From an actinobacterium SCGC AAA027-J17 (GTDB taxonomy: Bacteria > Actinomycetota > Actinomycetes > Nanopelagicales > Nanopelagicaceae): 64,000 nucleotides of DNA. The notes below the pieces were generated by a model, which saw nothing but the letters and a program-made list of their open reading frames with translations, searched no databases and was not told where the DNA came from. Shown piece by piece: positions 29,308 through 40,089 of this stretch (the first letter of the stretch is position 1; each line of letters starts with the position of its first letter). The stretch is taken from positions 12,945 to 76,944 of the forward strand of contig KB912743.1 of NCBI GenBank assembly GCA_000383815.1, in the 5' to 3' direction. The position numbers and the translations under genes are program-made.

Positions 29308-29982
29308 ATGCCATTAGTCATGGTCGTTGACGACGACCAAGACTTAGCAGAAATGCTCAGCATCGTTTTGACTGGTGCCGGCATGGAGGTGGACTTAGTA
29401 AATCGTGGAGATCAGGTTATGGATCTCTTCAATACCAATACACCTGATTTAGTTTTATTGGATGTCATGTTGCCTGGAATTGATGGCATCGAAGTTTGCA
29501 AAATCATTCGAGAAAAATCCATGGTTCCAATTGTTATGTTAACGGCCAAAGGTGATACCCATGATGTTGTATTGGGATTAGAAGCTGGCGCAGATGACTA
29601 CATGGTTAAACCCTTTAAACCGCAGGAGTTAGTTGCCCGAATTAATACCAGACTAAGACGAGTAACAAAGGTTGGAACATTAGGAATTTGTGATTTAGTT
29701 ATAGATCAAATGGAACACAAAGTATTAAAGAGTGGGCGAGAGATAGCTTTAACCAGATTAGAGTTTGATTTATTAGCGGCCCTTGCAAAAGAGCCAGGTC
29801 GAGTTTTCACCCGTGAAGCGCTACTTAGTGAGGTCTGGGGTTATCAGCACGCAGCTGATACCCGGTTAGTAAATGTCCATGTGCAACGACTGCGTTCAAA
29901 AATTGAGAATGATGTGGACAATCCTGAGTATGTGCTAACAGTTCGAGGTGTTGGATATAAGGCGGGGGCGGCTAAGGTTTAG
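29308..29982 (+). CDS. mtrA: Response regulator MtrA
   Basis: OmpR-type; VWGYQHAADTRLVNVHVQRLRSKIE signature. Confidence 0.93.
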   Translation: MPLVMVVDDDQDLAEMLSIVLTGAGMEVDLVNRGDQVMDLFNTNTPDLVLLDVMLPGIDGIEVCKIIREKSMVPIVMLTAKGDTHDVVLGLEAGADDYMVKPFKPQELVARINTRLRRVTKVGTLGICDLVIDQMEHKVLKSGREIALTRLEFDLLAALAKEPGRVFTREALLSEVWGYQHAADTRLVNVHVQRLRSKIENDVDNPEYVLTVRGVGYKAGAAKV

Positions 29983-29984
29983 CC

Positions 29985-31541
29985 ATGTTTGCGAGCAAAT
30001 TTAAGATAAGGCAATCCCTTAGTCTTAAAGTACTGCTAACTAGTGTTGTATTTGCAATTATTATTGCTGCTGTAATTGGTATATCAGTTCACAATCGGGT
30101 TGCCACCACAATCATTAATGAAAAGATCGCAATCTCTAAGGTTGAAACTTCAAATGCATTATTCCTTGCTCAAGGCCACTTTAATATTGCAAGATTTCAA
30201 AATGATGCAGGTTTAAACAAGGTAGTACAAGATTTTATTACCTCTAGCCGAGAAGATGGTTCATTGTCTGGAAGAGAGACTGTGATCTTGCCATTTGCAA
30301 AAAGTGGTAATGAACCGATTATTTATCAAACCGTGCCCACACTTTTAGTCTTAGATTCAATTCCAGGTGAATTTCGCGAGCAGGTTCGCCAGTCTGATGA
30401 AATTTTAGATAAAAGAGTAACCATTCGATACTCAAACGGTGATCAATATCCAGGATTTTTAATTGGTGGAAAATTAAACATCCCACGTACTGGAATATAT
30501 GAAATCTATTATCTTTTTAAGCTAAATGCTCAGTACGACAGTATTTCAGTCATAACTTGGACCTTACTTGGCGCTGGACTTTTGTTAGTGCTGCTCATCG
30601 GATTGAGCACTCAATTTGTTATTCGCCAAGTAGTTGCTCCTGTACAACAAGCAGCAGCAGTTGCTGAGAAATTTACCCAAGGTGATTTAACTAGTCGAAT
30701 GTCGGTGTCGAGCGAAGATGAGCTAGCAAGTTTAGGAAACTCATTTAATGAAATGGCAGTTTCAATTCAACAACAAATTGTCAGATTAGAAAATCTCTCG
30801 ATGCTGCAGCAGCGATTCGTTTCTGATGTTTCACATGAGCTTCGAACCCCACTGACAACCTTGCGAATGGCAGCAGAGGTGATCTATCAGCAGAAAGAAA
30901 GTTTTGATCCAAATATTGCCAGAAGTAGTGAGTTGTTAATCAATCAAATAGATCGTTTTGAATTATTACTTTCAGATTTGCTTGAGGTAAGTAGATTTGA
31001 TGCGGAAGCTGCCTCATTAGGTGTTGTTACCTTTGATATCGCCAATTTGGTTCAAAAAACCGTTGATTACCTTCATCCAAGCAAATCTTCATTGTTTGAA
31101 ATTGATTCATTGAGTAAATCAATTCAGATTGAAGGCGACCCACGGCGAATCGAGAGAATTCTTCGAAATCTCATAACTAATGCAGTAGATCATGGTGAGG
31201 GAAAGAATGTCAGGGTTCAAATAAGAGAGAGTGAAAATGAAATCGCAATTGGAGTTCGAGATTACGGCTTAGGTTTTAATGAAGAAGATGCACCATATTT
31301 ATTTGATCGTTTTTGGCGGGCTGACCCATCAAGAGCGAGAACCAGTGGCGGCACAGGTCTTGGTTTATCGATTGCCTTAGAGGATGCAAAGCTGCACCAA
31401 GGACAGTTATTAGCTTGGGGAAAACCTCATCAAGGTGCTCACTTCGTCTTAACACTACCTAAACGGCATGGTAACTCTGTGCAATCTTTTCCGATCTCGT
31501 TAGCACCAGATGATGTTTTTTCAACAACAGTTAAAAAGTAA
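29985..31541 (+). CDS. mtrB: Sensor histidine kinase MtrB
   Basis: 2 TMs, HAMP, QQRFVSDVSHELRTPLTT, FWRADPSRAR..GGTGLGL. Confidence 0.93.
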   Translation: MFASKFKIRQSLSLKVLLTSVVFAIIIAAVIGISVHNRVATTIINEKIAISKVETSNALFLAQGHFNIARFQNDAGLNKVVQDFITSSREDGSLSGRETVILPFAKSGNEPIIYQTVPTLLVLDSIPGEFREQVRQSDEILDKRVTIRYSNGDQYPGFLIGGKLNIPRTGIYEIYYLFKLNAQYDSISVITWTLLGAGLLLVLLIGLSTQFVIRQVVAPVQQAAAVAEKFTQGDLTSRMSVSSEDELASLGNSFNEMAVSIQQQIVRLENLSMLQQRFVSDVSHELRTPLTTLRMAAEVIYQQKESFDPNIARSSELLINQIDRFELLLSDLLEVSRFDAEAASLGVVTFDIANLVQKTVDYLHPSKSSLFEIDSLSKSIQIEGDPRRIERILRNLITNAVDHGEGKNVRVQIRESENEIAIGVRDYGLGFNEEDAPYLFDRFWRADPSRARTSGGTGLGLSIALEDAKLHQGQLLAWGKPHQGAHFVLTLPKRHGNSVQSFPISLAPDDVFSTTVKK

Positions 31542-31575
31542 TAACTCTTAGATAGATTCCTGTTATAAATAAAGG

Positions 31576-32247
31576 GTGCTTGATTCCTTAAGATCCTTAA
31601 ATGAGCTGCTCTTTCCACTTTCTTGTTTGGGCTGTGCAACCGCTGATTACTGGCTCTGTCCTACTTGTCAGAGTAATTGGAAGGTGAGCACTAGGAAAAC
31701 TCTTATTGGTAGCAATCCTTTGTACTTTAAGGCTAATTACAGTGTTAAAACATCAGCAGTCATACTAGCTGCTAAAGAAAGTAACAACCATCTGGCAAGA
31801 GACTTACTTGCCATGAGCATTTCACAATCAATTATTTATGCTATGGCGGATTTAGCGATTACAGGTGATATATATTTGGTAACCATTCCTTCCTCGATAT
31901 CAGCAATTAGAAGGCGTGGACGAGATCATATTCAAGAGCTTGCCATTGAAGTCCAAAACTATCTTGAGTTAAAATCAATAAAATCTCATTTGTTATTTCT
32001 TCTTTGCCAGCGAAAAAATATGAAAGATCAGAGCAGATTAAATAGTAGGCAGCGAATGCAAAATACCTACGGAATGTTTGAGGTTACTTCCTGTGAAAAT
32101 CCTCAGGGGGCGATTTTTCTCATTGATGATCTAGTCACCACCGGCGCATCAATAATGGAGGGGATACGGGCTCTTTTTGAAGCCAAAATCACGGTAACTG
32201 CCGCTATTACTGCGTGTGCAGTCGGGCGTAATTCTCTAATACCATAA
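31576..32247 (+). CDS. comF: ComF family phosphoribosyltransferase-like protein
   Basis: CLGC..CPTC Zn ribbon, RRRGRDH, LIDDLVTTGAS. Confidence 0.85.
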   Translation: MLDSLRSLNELLFPLSCLGCATADYWLCPTCQSNWKVSTRKTLIGSNPLYFKANYSVKTSAVILAAKESNNHLARDLLAMSISQSIIYAMADLAITGDIYLVTIPSSISAIRRRGRDHIQELAIEVQNYLELKSIKSHLLFLLCQRKNMKDQSRLNSRQRMQNTYGMFEVTSCENPQGAIFLIDDLVTTGASIMEGIRALFEAKITVTAAITACAVGRNSLIP

Positions 32248-32295
32248 GCCACTGAGCATTTATAAAATAAATCAAGAGGCTAGCGGAGGATCTTT

Positions 32296-34956
32296 GTGGG
32301 TTTATTAGACAAGATTTTGCGTGCCGGCGAAGGCAAAGCTGTAAAACAATTAGCAAAAATTGCCCAAGAGGTTAATGCTTTCGAAAATCAAATAACTTCA
32401 TTAGATGATGATGCACTACGTGGTAAAACCGCAGCCTTTAAATTGCGTTATGAAAATGGTGAGAGTCTAGATTCACTTCTACCGGAAGCTTTTGCTGTGG
32501 TGCGAGAAGCAGCAAAGCGAACACTGGGACAACGTCATTACGATGTTCAAGTTATGGGTGGTGCTGCGTTACACCGAGGCAATATTGCAGAAATGAAGAC
32601 TGGTGAAGGTAAAACTTTAGTTTCCACTTTGCCTGCATATCTAAATGCCTTGACTGGTAAAGGTGTTCACATTGTTACTGTAAATGATTATTTAGCAGAG
32701 CGTGATAGTGAATGGATGGGAAGAGTTCATAGATTTCTAGGATTAAAAGTCGGCGTAATCCTTGCCAGCATGTCATCAGCAGAACGCCGCGAAGCATATG
32801 CAGCAGATATAACTTATGGAACCAATAATGAGTTTGGATTTGATTACCTGCGCGACAACATGGCTTGGAGTCTGGTTGATTGCGTGCAACGTGGTCATAA
32901 TTTTGCAATTGTCGATGAGGTTGACTCGATATTAATTGATGAAGCAAGAACTCCACTGATTATTTCAGGTCCGGCAGATAAGCCCACCAAGTGGTATGTC
33001 GAGTTTGCTAATTTGGTTGCAAAATTAAATCTTGGCCAGCATTATGAAATAGATGTAAAAAAGCGCACCGTTGGTATTTTAGAAGAGGGTGTATCTCGAG
33101 TCGAAGAAGCACTTGGAATAGAAAACCTTTATGAAGCGGTAAATACCCCAATGATCGGGTACTTAAATAATGCTATCCGAGCCAAAGAGTTGTTTAAGCG
33201 GGATAAAGATTATGTCGTGATGAATGGTGAGCTTTTAATTGTCGATGAACACACTGGACGAATGCTCTCTGGTCGACGCTATAGCGAGGGATTGCACCAG
33301 GCTTTAGAGGCCAAGGAACGGATTGAAATCCAGAATGAAAACCAGACCTTGGCAACAATTACCCTACAAAACTACTTCCGCTTATATGAGAAGTTAAGCG
33401 GTATGACCGGTACGGCAATGACTGAAGCCTCTGAATTCATGCAAATCTATAAGTTAGGTGTAATTCCAATACCAACCAATAAGAATATGCAGCGCATTGA
33501 TCAATCTGATCTGATCTATAAATCTGAAGCTGGCAAATTTATTGCCGTAGCAAATGACATAGTTGAACGTCATGAAAAGGGTCAACCAGTATTGGTCGGA
33601 ACGGTCAGCGTTGAAAAATCTGAGGAGCTATCGGCAATTTTGAAAAAGCGTGGCATTCCTCATGAAGTATTAAATGCTAAGCAACATGAAAGAGAAGCAG
33701 CAATTATTGCCCGTGCTGGCACGGTCGGTGCAGTAACAGTTGCAACCAACATGGCAGGCCGTGGAACTGACATCATGCTTGGTGGTAATCCAGAGTTTAT
33801 GGCTGATTTTGAATTACAACGCAAAGGTTTAAATCCAGTTGAATCACCTCAAGAGTATGAGAAGGCTTGGCCAGTTGAAATTGAAAAACAAAGGGCTGCG
33901 GTAACAAAGGAACATGAGTCGGTGGTTTCACTTGGCGGATTATATGTTCTAGGTACAGAACGACATGAGTCACGACGAATTGATAATCAGCTTCGAGGTC
34001 GTTCCGGTCGGCAAGGTGATCCAGGAGAATCTAGATTCTATTTATCTCTACAAGATGAGTTAATGCGCAGATTTAATTCTGGTTTAGTTGAAAGATTTTT
34101 AGGCGCTGCTGGCATGCCAGAGGAGACTCCATTGGAGTCAAAGATTGTTAGCAATGCAATCAAATCTGCCCAAACCCAAGTTGAGTCCTTGAACTTTGAA
34201 ATGCGTAAGAATGTTTTGAAGTATGACGATGTAATGAATAAGCAGCGTGAGGTTGTCTATTCAGAACGACGTGAAGTTTTAGAAGGTGTTGATATCAAGG
34301 AGTTAGTTGAGGTTTCACTAGAAGAGACAGTCACTGCATATGTTAATTCGGCAACACAAACAGGTGTGGCTGAAGATTGGGATCTAAACACTCTATGGAA
34401 TGCACTGAAGGTTCTCTATCCAATCTCCTTTACTGCTGAGCAAATGTTGGAAGAGATCGGTGGCGCAGTTGCATTAGACAGTGAGTATTTACTAGAGAAA
34501 ATTTTGCAGGACTCAAGACAGTCATACGAAAAGCGGGAATCAGAGTTAACCCCAACTGTTATGCGAGAGCTTGAGCGAAAAATTCTGCTTTCAGTACTAG
34601 ATCGTAAGTGGCGTGAGCATCTTTATGAGATGGATTATCTACAAGAGGGAATTGGCTTAAGAGCGATGGCCCAGCGAGATCCTCTGGTTGAGTACCAACG
34701 TGAAGGCTTTGATCTGTTCACAGCAATGATGGATGCTGTTAAAGAGGAGCTGGTTAGTTTTGTATTTAATGTTGAGGTTCAAGTTGAAGGCGATCAGGTT
34801 GGTGCAAAAGGATTAACACCAGCACCTGCTCCGGTAGCAGCACTTCAATACTCTGCAGCTGAGAGCAAGCCAACCGCCGCAGGTGGCACTTCAAAAAATG
34901 CCCCTTGTCCATGTGGTTCTGGCAAGAAGTACAAAAGATGCCACGGAGAAAACTAG
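32296..34956 (+). CDS. secA: Protein translocase subunit SecA
   Basis: [49 protein letters not shown]-terminal [13 protein letters not shown]. Confidence 0.97.
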   Translation: MGLLDKILRAGEGKAVKQLAKIAQEVNAFENQITSLDDDALRGKTAAFKLRYENGESLDSLLPEAFAVVREAAKRTLGQRHYDVQVMGGAALHRGNIAEMKTGEGKTLVSTLPAYLNALTGKGVHIVTVNDYLAERDSEWMGRVHRFLGLKVGVILASMSSAERREAYAADITYGTNNEFGFDYLRDNMAWSLVDCVQRGHNFAIVDEVDSILIDEARTPLIISGPADKPTKWYVEFANLVAKLNLGQHYEIDVKKRTVGILEEGVSRVEEALGIENLYEAVNTPMIGYLNNAIRAKELFKRDKDYVVMNGELLIVDEHTGRMLSGRRYSEGLHQALEAKERIEIQNENQTLATITLQNYFRLYEKLSGMTGTAMTEASEFMQIYKLGVIPIPTNKNMQRIDQSDLIYKSEAGKFIAVANDIVERHEKGQPVLVGTVSVEKSEELSAILKKRGIPHEVLNAKQHEREAAIIARAGTVGAVTVATNMAGRGTDIMLGGNPEFMADFELQRKGLNPVESPQEYEKAWPVEIEKQRAAVTKEHESVVSLGGLYVLGTERHESRRIDNQLRGRSGRQGDPGESRFYLSLQDELMRRFNSGLVERFLGAAGMPEETPLESKIVSNAIKSAQTQVESLNFEMRKNVLKYDDVMNKQREVVYSERREVLEGVDIKELVEVSLEETVTAYVNSATQTGVAEDWDLNTLWNALKVLYPISFTAEQMLEEIGGAVALDSEYLLEKILQDSRQSYEKRESELTPTVMRELERKILLSVLDRKWREHLYEMDYLQEGIGLRAMAQRDPLVEYQREGFDLFTAMMDAVKEELVSFVFNVEVQVEGDQVGAKGLTPAPAPVAALQYSAAESKPTAAGGTSKNAPCPCGSGKKYKRCHGEN

Positions 34957-35393
34957 AGCAGATTTAAATCAGTACAGATCCATCGTTTATCTACGCCCTC
35001 TAATCTTAAAGATAATGATCTAACTCGATCGCCAACACGTAAAGTGGCGGTGACTTCAACTACTCCTTCAATTGGTTGGTTAATGTAAATTCTTCTGATC
35101 TGACATTTCTGGGTATCGATATTAGATTGAGCAGCAATCTGTTTTTGCGCCGAACGATGACAATTTCTAGATAACTGCGCTAGTGATCTTCGACCAGACC
35201 AAACTTCAAGAACTGTAATCACAAAATTCTCACTCCACTTATTAACCTCAGGAAGATCAGAAAGCGGTGAAGGAATTGGTGAAAATTTTGGATGGAGCCA
35301 CTCATCACCAAACTCTTTGTCAGGTGTTGGGACTAGGTAGAGCTTACTTTTTCGAACACTCTCACGTGTGCTAATTGGTTGAATGATTGTCAT
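34953..35393 (-). CDS. Rv3235 family protein
   Basis: [28 protein letters not shown]...WICT; convergent to secA as usual; start set at MTIIQP. Confidence 0.8.
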   Translation of the reverse strand: MTIIQPISTRESVRKSKLYLVPTPDKEFGDEWLHPKFSPIPSPLSDLPEVNKWSENFVITVLEVWSGRRSLAQLSRNCHRSAQKQIAAQSNIDTQKCQIRRIYINQPIEGVVEVTATLRVGDRVRSLSLRLEGVDKRWICTDLNLL

Positions 35394-35478
35394 AGCTAGA
35401 TCATTAATTACTAAGTTGCCTGCCAGATCATCCTTTCGGATGATCTTTATCCTGTGCTGATACTGGTAAAAACTAGAG

Positions 35479-36072
35479 ATGAAAATTTCAAAATTTGATC
35501 TCTTTAGAAACTCCAGGCTGGCAATGGGCTTTGCCTTATTTATAATTGCATTAACTGCTGCCAACCTTATTTCAAAGGAAGCTAATCGATCTGTTTTCGT
35601 TTGGGCAACAACCGGTGAGCTAGCCCCTGGCCAGATAATCCAAGAATCCGATATCACTCCTGCATCAGTATTACTGGCCCAATCTGCTAAGAATTACCTA
35701 TCTGCCTCAGCAGAGATTGTTGGCACCACGGTTTTAACAAAGATATCAGCAGGAGATTTGATTCCAGTAGCAGCAATTGGCGCAGGTGAAAACTTAGTAA
35801 ATCAAAGACTTGTTCCATTGACTATCGAGATCTCAGATCTTCCGATCTCCTTAGTCAGAGGGGATCTAATAGATCTTTATGCAATAAGCAAGTCAAATGC
35901 AAAAGAGGTGAATGCGCCAGCATTACTGGCCTCTGCCATCACTGTTGAGCAGGTGTTAGAGCGTAATAATTCAGGGGTAGTAAGTGTTTTAGTGATCCTT
36001 GAAAATGAGCAAGTTCTTCCCACTTTGAATTTTCTTAGCGATAGCAGATTAATACTTGTTAGAACTCGCTGA
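35479..36072 (+). CDS. SAF-domain / CpaB(RcpC)-like protein
   Basis: N-terminal TM, VWATTGELAPGQII, ISAGDLIP, L..GDLIDLY pattern. Confidence 0.65.
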   Translation: MKISKFDLFRNSRLAMGFALFIIALTAANLISKEANRSVFVWATTGELAPGQIIQESDITPASVLLAQSAKNYLSASAEIVGTTVLTKISAGDLIPVAAIGAGENLVNQRLVPLTIEISDLPISLVRGDLIDLYAISKSNAKEVNAPALLASAITVEQVLERNNSGVVSVLVILENEQVLPTLNFLSDSRLILVRTR

Positions 36073-36994
36073 GCCTCGTTTAAAACTAGTAACTGCAATC
36101 AATAGCAGTGAGCATGAGGAAAGAGTTGCAACTTTGTTGCACTCACAAGGTTGCAACATCATCTATCGAGCTTTGAATCAACAACTTCTATCTACTTTTC
36201 TGGCTCAAAATGAAGTGGATCTTTGTGTGCTCCACACCAAGGAGTTTGCACTAGCTGCCGAAATAGATCAGTTACGGCAGAAATATCCTAACCATAGATT
36301 TATTGAAGTAAGTGAGAAGGTCGATCAGCAGCAATTGATGAGCCAGCTAACTGCATTAAGTAGACCACCCCTGATACATCAAGTAATTAGAGTAAGTAAC
36401 CTAATTTCAGTGTTTGGAACACCAGGCTCACCTGGAATCTCAACTTTAACCAATCACCTAGCAGTCCTAAAATCTGCACAGATAATTGCTGCTACTCATC
36501 ACAATCTACGTCCACATACTTCACTGAAGGTTGAAAAAATCTCAGCAAGTGAGTTAGATCAAAAGCTTGCAAAACTTGGAGATAAATTCACAATTATTGA
36601 TGCTGGCGCAACACTCTCGCTAACTAAAACTCTTGCTGACCGACGCAGTAGTGCTAACTGGCTTAATCAAACTCTTACCTGTTCGTCAAAGATGATTTAT
36701 GTAGCTGGGGCAAATGAAAACGGACTAACTTACTTAAGTGAATTCATTGAAGATTTCAAGAGATTAATCGATCCTCCGAAAATAATCTATGTATTAAACC
36801 AGCAACGATTTGATCGACAGGGACAGCTAATTCAGAAAAAGTTCGTCGAGTTAGTGGGCCAGATGAGCAGTGCACAAATACCCTTTGATCGCAGAGTAGA
36901 TCGATCGCCCGGAAATACTCATGGCAGCAAGGCATTTTGGCGCAGTAGTACCTTCACCAGACAGATTGAAAAAATTGGTAATCAACTGCCATAA
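36056..36994 (+). CDS. Degenerate CpaE/MinD-like P-loop protein
   Basis: Receiver-like N-terminus, ISVFGTPGSPGISTL deviant Walker A, TIIDAG Walker B, VLNQ, IPFD. Confidence 0.55.
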   Translation: MLELAEPRLKLVTAINSSEHEERVATLLHSQGCNIIYRALNQQLLSTFLAQNEVDLCVLHTKEFALAAEIDQLRQKYPNHRFIEVSEKVDQQQLMSQLTALSRPPLIHQVIRVSNLISVFGTPGSPGISTLTNHLAVLKSAQIIAATHHNLRPHTSLKVEKISASELDQKLAKLGDKFTIIDAGATLSLTKTLADRRSSANWLNQTLTCSSKMIYVAGANENGLTYLSEFIEDFKRLIDPPKIIYVLNQQRFDRQGQLIQKKFVELVGQMSSAQIPFDRRVDRSPGNTHGSKAFWRSSTFTRQIEKIGNQLP

Positions 36995-37015
36995 AAGAAG
37001 CTCTACCATTGGGCT

Positions 37016-38482
37016 ATGGCCACCCTCTCTGAGTTGATAAGTGAAAACTCAAATTTAAAAGCTAATGAGGTTGAGCATCTGTCTGAATTAGTTGCTGAGT
37101 GGAGATTATTAGCTGATTTATCATTTGCAGACTTGTTGTTGTGGTTACCAATCCGCCGCGATGAAAAATCATGGCCAGAAGGACATCTAGCAATTGCGCA
37201 GATTAGACCAACTACCGCAGCGACTGTTTTCACAGAGGATCTAGTTGGCACCAGCATTAATTGGGGGCAACGACCATTAGTTGATCAGGCACTTTCTGAC
37301 GGTGAAATTGTTAGAGATGCCAAACCAGAACAAGTTGGTCAAATTGTGATCAAAGAGGAGACGATTCCAGTAATTTTAAATGGGAAAATCTTGGCAGTTA
37401 TTTCCAGACATCGAAACGCAGATTTAATGCGACAACCTTCAAAGTTAGAGTTAAATTATCGGGAGATCGCCCACAAAATCTATAAAATGGTTGCAGAAGG
37501 AAACTTTCCAATTAGAAATTCTCTATATAGCTCTGAATCTTCACCCCGCGTTGGCGATGGTTTAATCAGATTAGATGTCAATGGAACAATATTTTTTGCA
37601 TCTCCAAATGCTAGATCCGCCCTAAGCAGAGTTGGTTTCCAGAAAGAGTTAGAGGGTGAGAATCTTGGAGTAGTTTTTTCAAATTTAAATAAGGGCGATA
37701 CTCAACCAACAGATGAGTCCTGGCAAACCATGCTCAGTGGCAAATCTTTGCGGCGCACCGAGTATGAATCTCAATCTGCAGTATTAGATATTTTAGTTAT
37801 CCCATTAACAGAGGGCAGTGATCGCATTGGTGCCATCGTATTGATCCATAACATAACTGAGCTTCGTAATAGAGATCGGGCACTGCTAACAAAGGATGCC
37901 ACTATTAAGGAGATTCACCACCGAGTAAAAAACAATTTACAAACAGTTTCAGCACTACTGCGGTTGCAGTCAAGGCGGGTAACTGACCCAATTGCTAGCT
38001 CTGCTTTGGATGAGGCAGTTCGTAGAGTGGCATCTATTGCACTAGTTCATGAGACGTTATCAAATCAATCCTCTGAATTTGTAGAGTTTGATTTAGTGCT
38101 GGAACAGATTATCAAAAATGCTCTGGATCTTAATCCCAGGTCAATTGGGTATAAAAAGATAGGGGAGTTTGGATCCTTTGACTCCAAAACTGCAACCGCG
38201 CTCTCACTAGTAATTACTGAGCTAATTCATAATGCATTAGAACATGGGTTGAGTGAAACTGGAGATCAATTGACGGTTGAGATCTCAAAAAACGATAAAC
38301 AATACCTAGTAAGTGTTTGCGACAATGGTTCTGGGTTGCCTGAAGAATTCAATATTGAAAAGTCAGCCAACTTAGGTTTACAAATAGCAAATACCCTTAC
38401 AAAAAATGAGTTAAATGGCAGCATAAACTTGGTAAGAGTAGAAAACTTAACTCGAGGTGATATTTCCTTTAAAGTGAATTAA
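37016..38482 (+). CDS. pdtaS: Cytoplasmic sensor histidine kinase PdtaS-like
   Basis: WRLLADLSFADL, PRVGDGLIRL, KDATIKEIHHRVKNNLQTV; convergent with whiB1. Confidence 0.9.
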   Translation: MATLSELISENSNLKANEVEHLSELVAEWRLLADLSFADLLLWLPIRRDEKSWPEGHLAIAQIRPTTAATVFTEDLVGTSINWGQRPLVDQALSDGEIVRDAKPEQVGQIVIKEETIPVILNGKILAVISRHRNADLMRQPSKLELNYREIAHKIYKMVAEGNFPIRNSLYSSESSPRVGDGLIRLDVNGTIFFASPNARSALSRVGFQKELEGENLGVVFSNLNKGDTQPTDESWQTMLSGKSLRRTEYESQSAVLDILVIPLTEGSDRIGAIVLIHNITELRNRDRALLTKDATIKEIHHRVKNNLQTVSALLRLQSRRVTDPIASSALDEAVRRVASIALVHETLSNQSSEFVEFDLVLEQIIKNALDLNPRSIGYKKIGEFGSFDSKTATALSLVITELIHNALEHGLSETGDQLTVEISKNDKQYLVSVCDNGSGLPEEFNIEKSANLGLQIANTLTKNELNGSINLVRVENLTRGDISFKVN

Positions 38483-38748
38483 AAAGAGTTTTGATTTTCC
38501 ATCTGGCGGGCACGGTTTCTAGCAGCCCGTCGTTTCATAGCTCGTCTTTCATCCTCGGATAATCCGCCCCAGACACCAGCATCTTGTCCGCTCTCTAATG
38601 CCCAAGCAAGGCAAGGCTCTTTAACTGGACATCTTTCACAAATTTTCTTCGCCTCTTCAATTTGGGCTAAGGCAGGGCCTGTGTTTCCTACCGGGAAGAA
38701 AACCTCGGGATCTTCCTCGCGACAAGCTGCTTCATGTCGCCAATCCAT
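38479..38748 (-). CDS. whiB1: WhiB family regulator WhiB1
   Basis: MDWRHEAAC.EEDPEVFFPVGNTGPALAQIEEAK...GQDAGVWGGLSEDERR. Confidence 0.95.
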   Translation of the reverse strand: MDWRHEAACREEDPEVFFPVGNTGPALAQIEEAKKICERCPVKEPCLAWALESGQDAGVWGGLSEDERRAMKRRAARNRARQMENQNSF

Positions 38749-38811
38749 AGGGCAGCAACTCCTTCGACGAGTAGGTGTTAATTAGTTAGTAGAAATAAAA
38801 TCAACTGGCTT

Positions 38812-38840
38812 ATTCTCTCCTTAATTTAATTAATAAACAA
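38812..38840 (-). promoter_or_regulatory. Candidate whiB1 promoter (TTGTTT-N17-GAGAAT)
   Basis: -35/-10-like hexamers with 17-nt spacer 63 nt upstream of whiB1. Confidence 0.4.
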
Positions 38841-39074
38841 GGATATTTAGCAGGGAATTTAAAAAATTTCAGTTAAATAGACAATCCCACAACCTAGATA
38901 TGCCGTTGACAGCAAACAATCTTCATATTCTCCTGCCCAGAACCCTGCTCTATCTCCTGGGGCAATAGGGCAATAAACGCAGCCACAGCTCCAGATGCTT
39001 AGTTGAATAAATCACAACTATGTTTACTAATTGTTCATATTGCACTGGTGCAATCAATAGGAGAGAATTATCCA

Positions 39075-39608
39075 ATGAGCCAAACCGCATATTTTGCTAC
39101 TGGATGTTTTTGGGGAGCAGAGCGCAGGTTCTGGAATTTAGATGGCGTAATTCAAACCTCAGTAGGTTATATGGGTGGTGAAAAACCAGACCCCACCTAT
39201 AAAGAGGTTTGTACTGGTACGACAAATCATGCTGAAATCGTTGAAGTTATTTTTGATCCACAGTTAATAAGTTACAAAAGATTATTGGCAGAGTTTTGGG
39301 TGATGCATGATCCAACCTCACTAAATCAACAAGGTGGAGATATTGGAACTCAGTATCGATCAGCGATATTTACTACCTCAAGTGAGCAAATGCAACAAGT
39401 GCTTGAAAGTAAAGAGATTTATCAAGGTGAGTTAAGTAAAAATGATATCGGCAAAATTGTTACTGAGATTTTGCCAGCAGCAGGTGTTACCTACTGGTTG
39501 GCAGAGGAGTATCACCAGAGATATTTAGAAAAGAATCCAAATGGCTATGACTGTCACTCTTCAACTGGAGTAGCTTTTCCATCAGCATTAATGAGCAATA
39601 ATGGATGA
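39075..39608 (+). CDS. msrA: Peptide methionine (S)-sulfoxide reductase
   Basis: GCFWGAE, GYMGG, HDPT, QYRSAI, AEEYHQRYL. Confidence 0.95.
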   Translation: MSQTAYFATGCFWGAERRFWNLDGVIQTSVGYMGGEKPDPTYKEVCTGTTNHAEIVEVIFDPQLISYKRLLAEFWVMHDPTSLNQQGGDIGTQYRSAIFTTSSEQMQQVLESKEIYQGELSKNDIGKIVTEILPAAGVTYWLAEEYHQRYLEKNPNGYDCHSSTGVAFPSALMSNNG

Positions 39609-40050
39609 GATCAAACCAATAAATTCAAAGGGTGATCCATATAAGGTACAAGTTGATGAGAAAGAGTTAGCAAGCCGTATCGATCCACTTTCATTTGATG
39701 TATTGCGAAAAGCTGCAACTGAGACTGCTTTCACTGGTGAGTACACAGATACTGAAACAATCGGTGTATATAAGTGCAAAGCCTGCAGCGCTGAATTGTT
39801 TAGATCAGAAACTAAATTCCACTCCGGATGTGGCTGGCCATCCTTTTATGCACCTACAGAAGATGATGCCGTTGAGTTAATTGAGGATCGTTCGCTATTT
39901 CCAAGAATTCGAACTGAAGTCAGATGTTCTGCTTGTGGCTCACACCTTGGCCATGTCTTTTCAGGTGAGGGATATGCCGTACCAACTGATCAACGATGGT
40001 GTATTAACTCAGTTGCATTACTACTAGAGCCAAAGAACCAAAGTAATTAA
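39601..40050 (+). CDS. msrB: Peptide methionine (R)-sulfoxide reductase
   Basis: CKAC, GCGWPSF, EVRCSAC.SHLGHVF, RWCINS. Confidence 0.95.
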   Translation: MDEIKPINSKGDPYKVQVDEKELASRIDPLSFDVLRKAATETAFTGEYTDTETIGVYKCKACSAELFRSETKFHSGCGWPSFYAPTEDDAVELIEDRSLFPRIRTEVRCSACGSHLGHVFSGEGYAVPTDQRWCINSVALLLEPKNQSN

Positions 40051-40089
40051 GTTATAACCGCTCATTATTAGATGGGCTAGGCTTAAACA

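Noticed and set aside
35394-35657. N-terminal extension of the Rv3235-like ORF given by the ORF track
   Set aside because: Overlaps the SAF-domain gene on the opposite strand; ATG at 35393 gives the expected size
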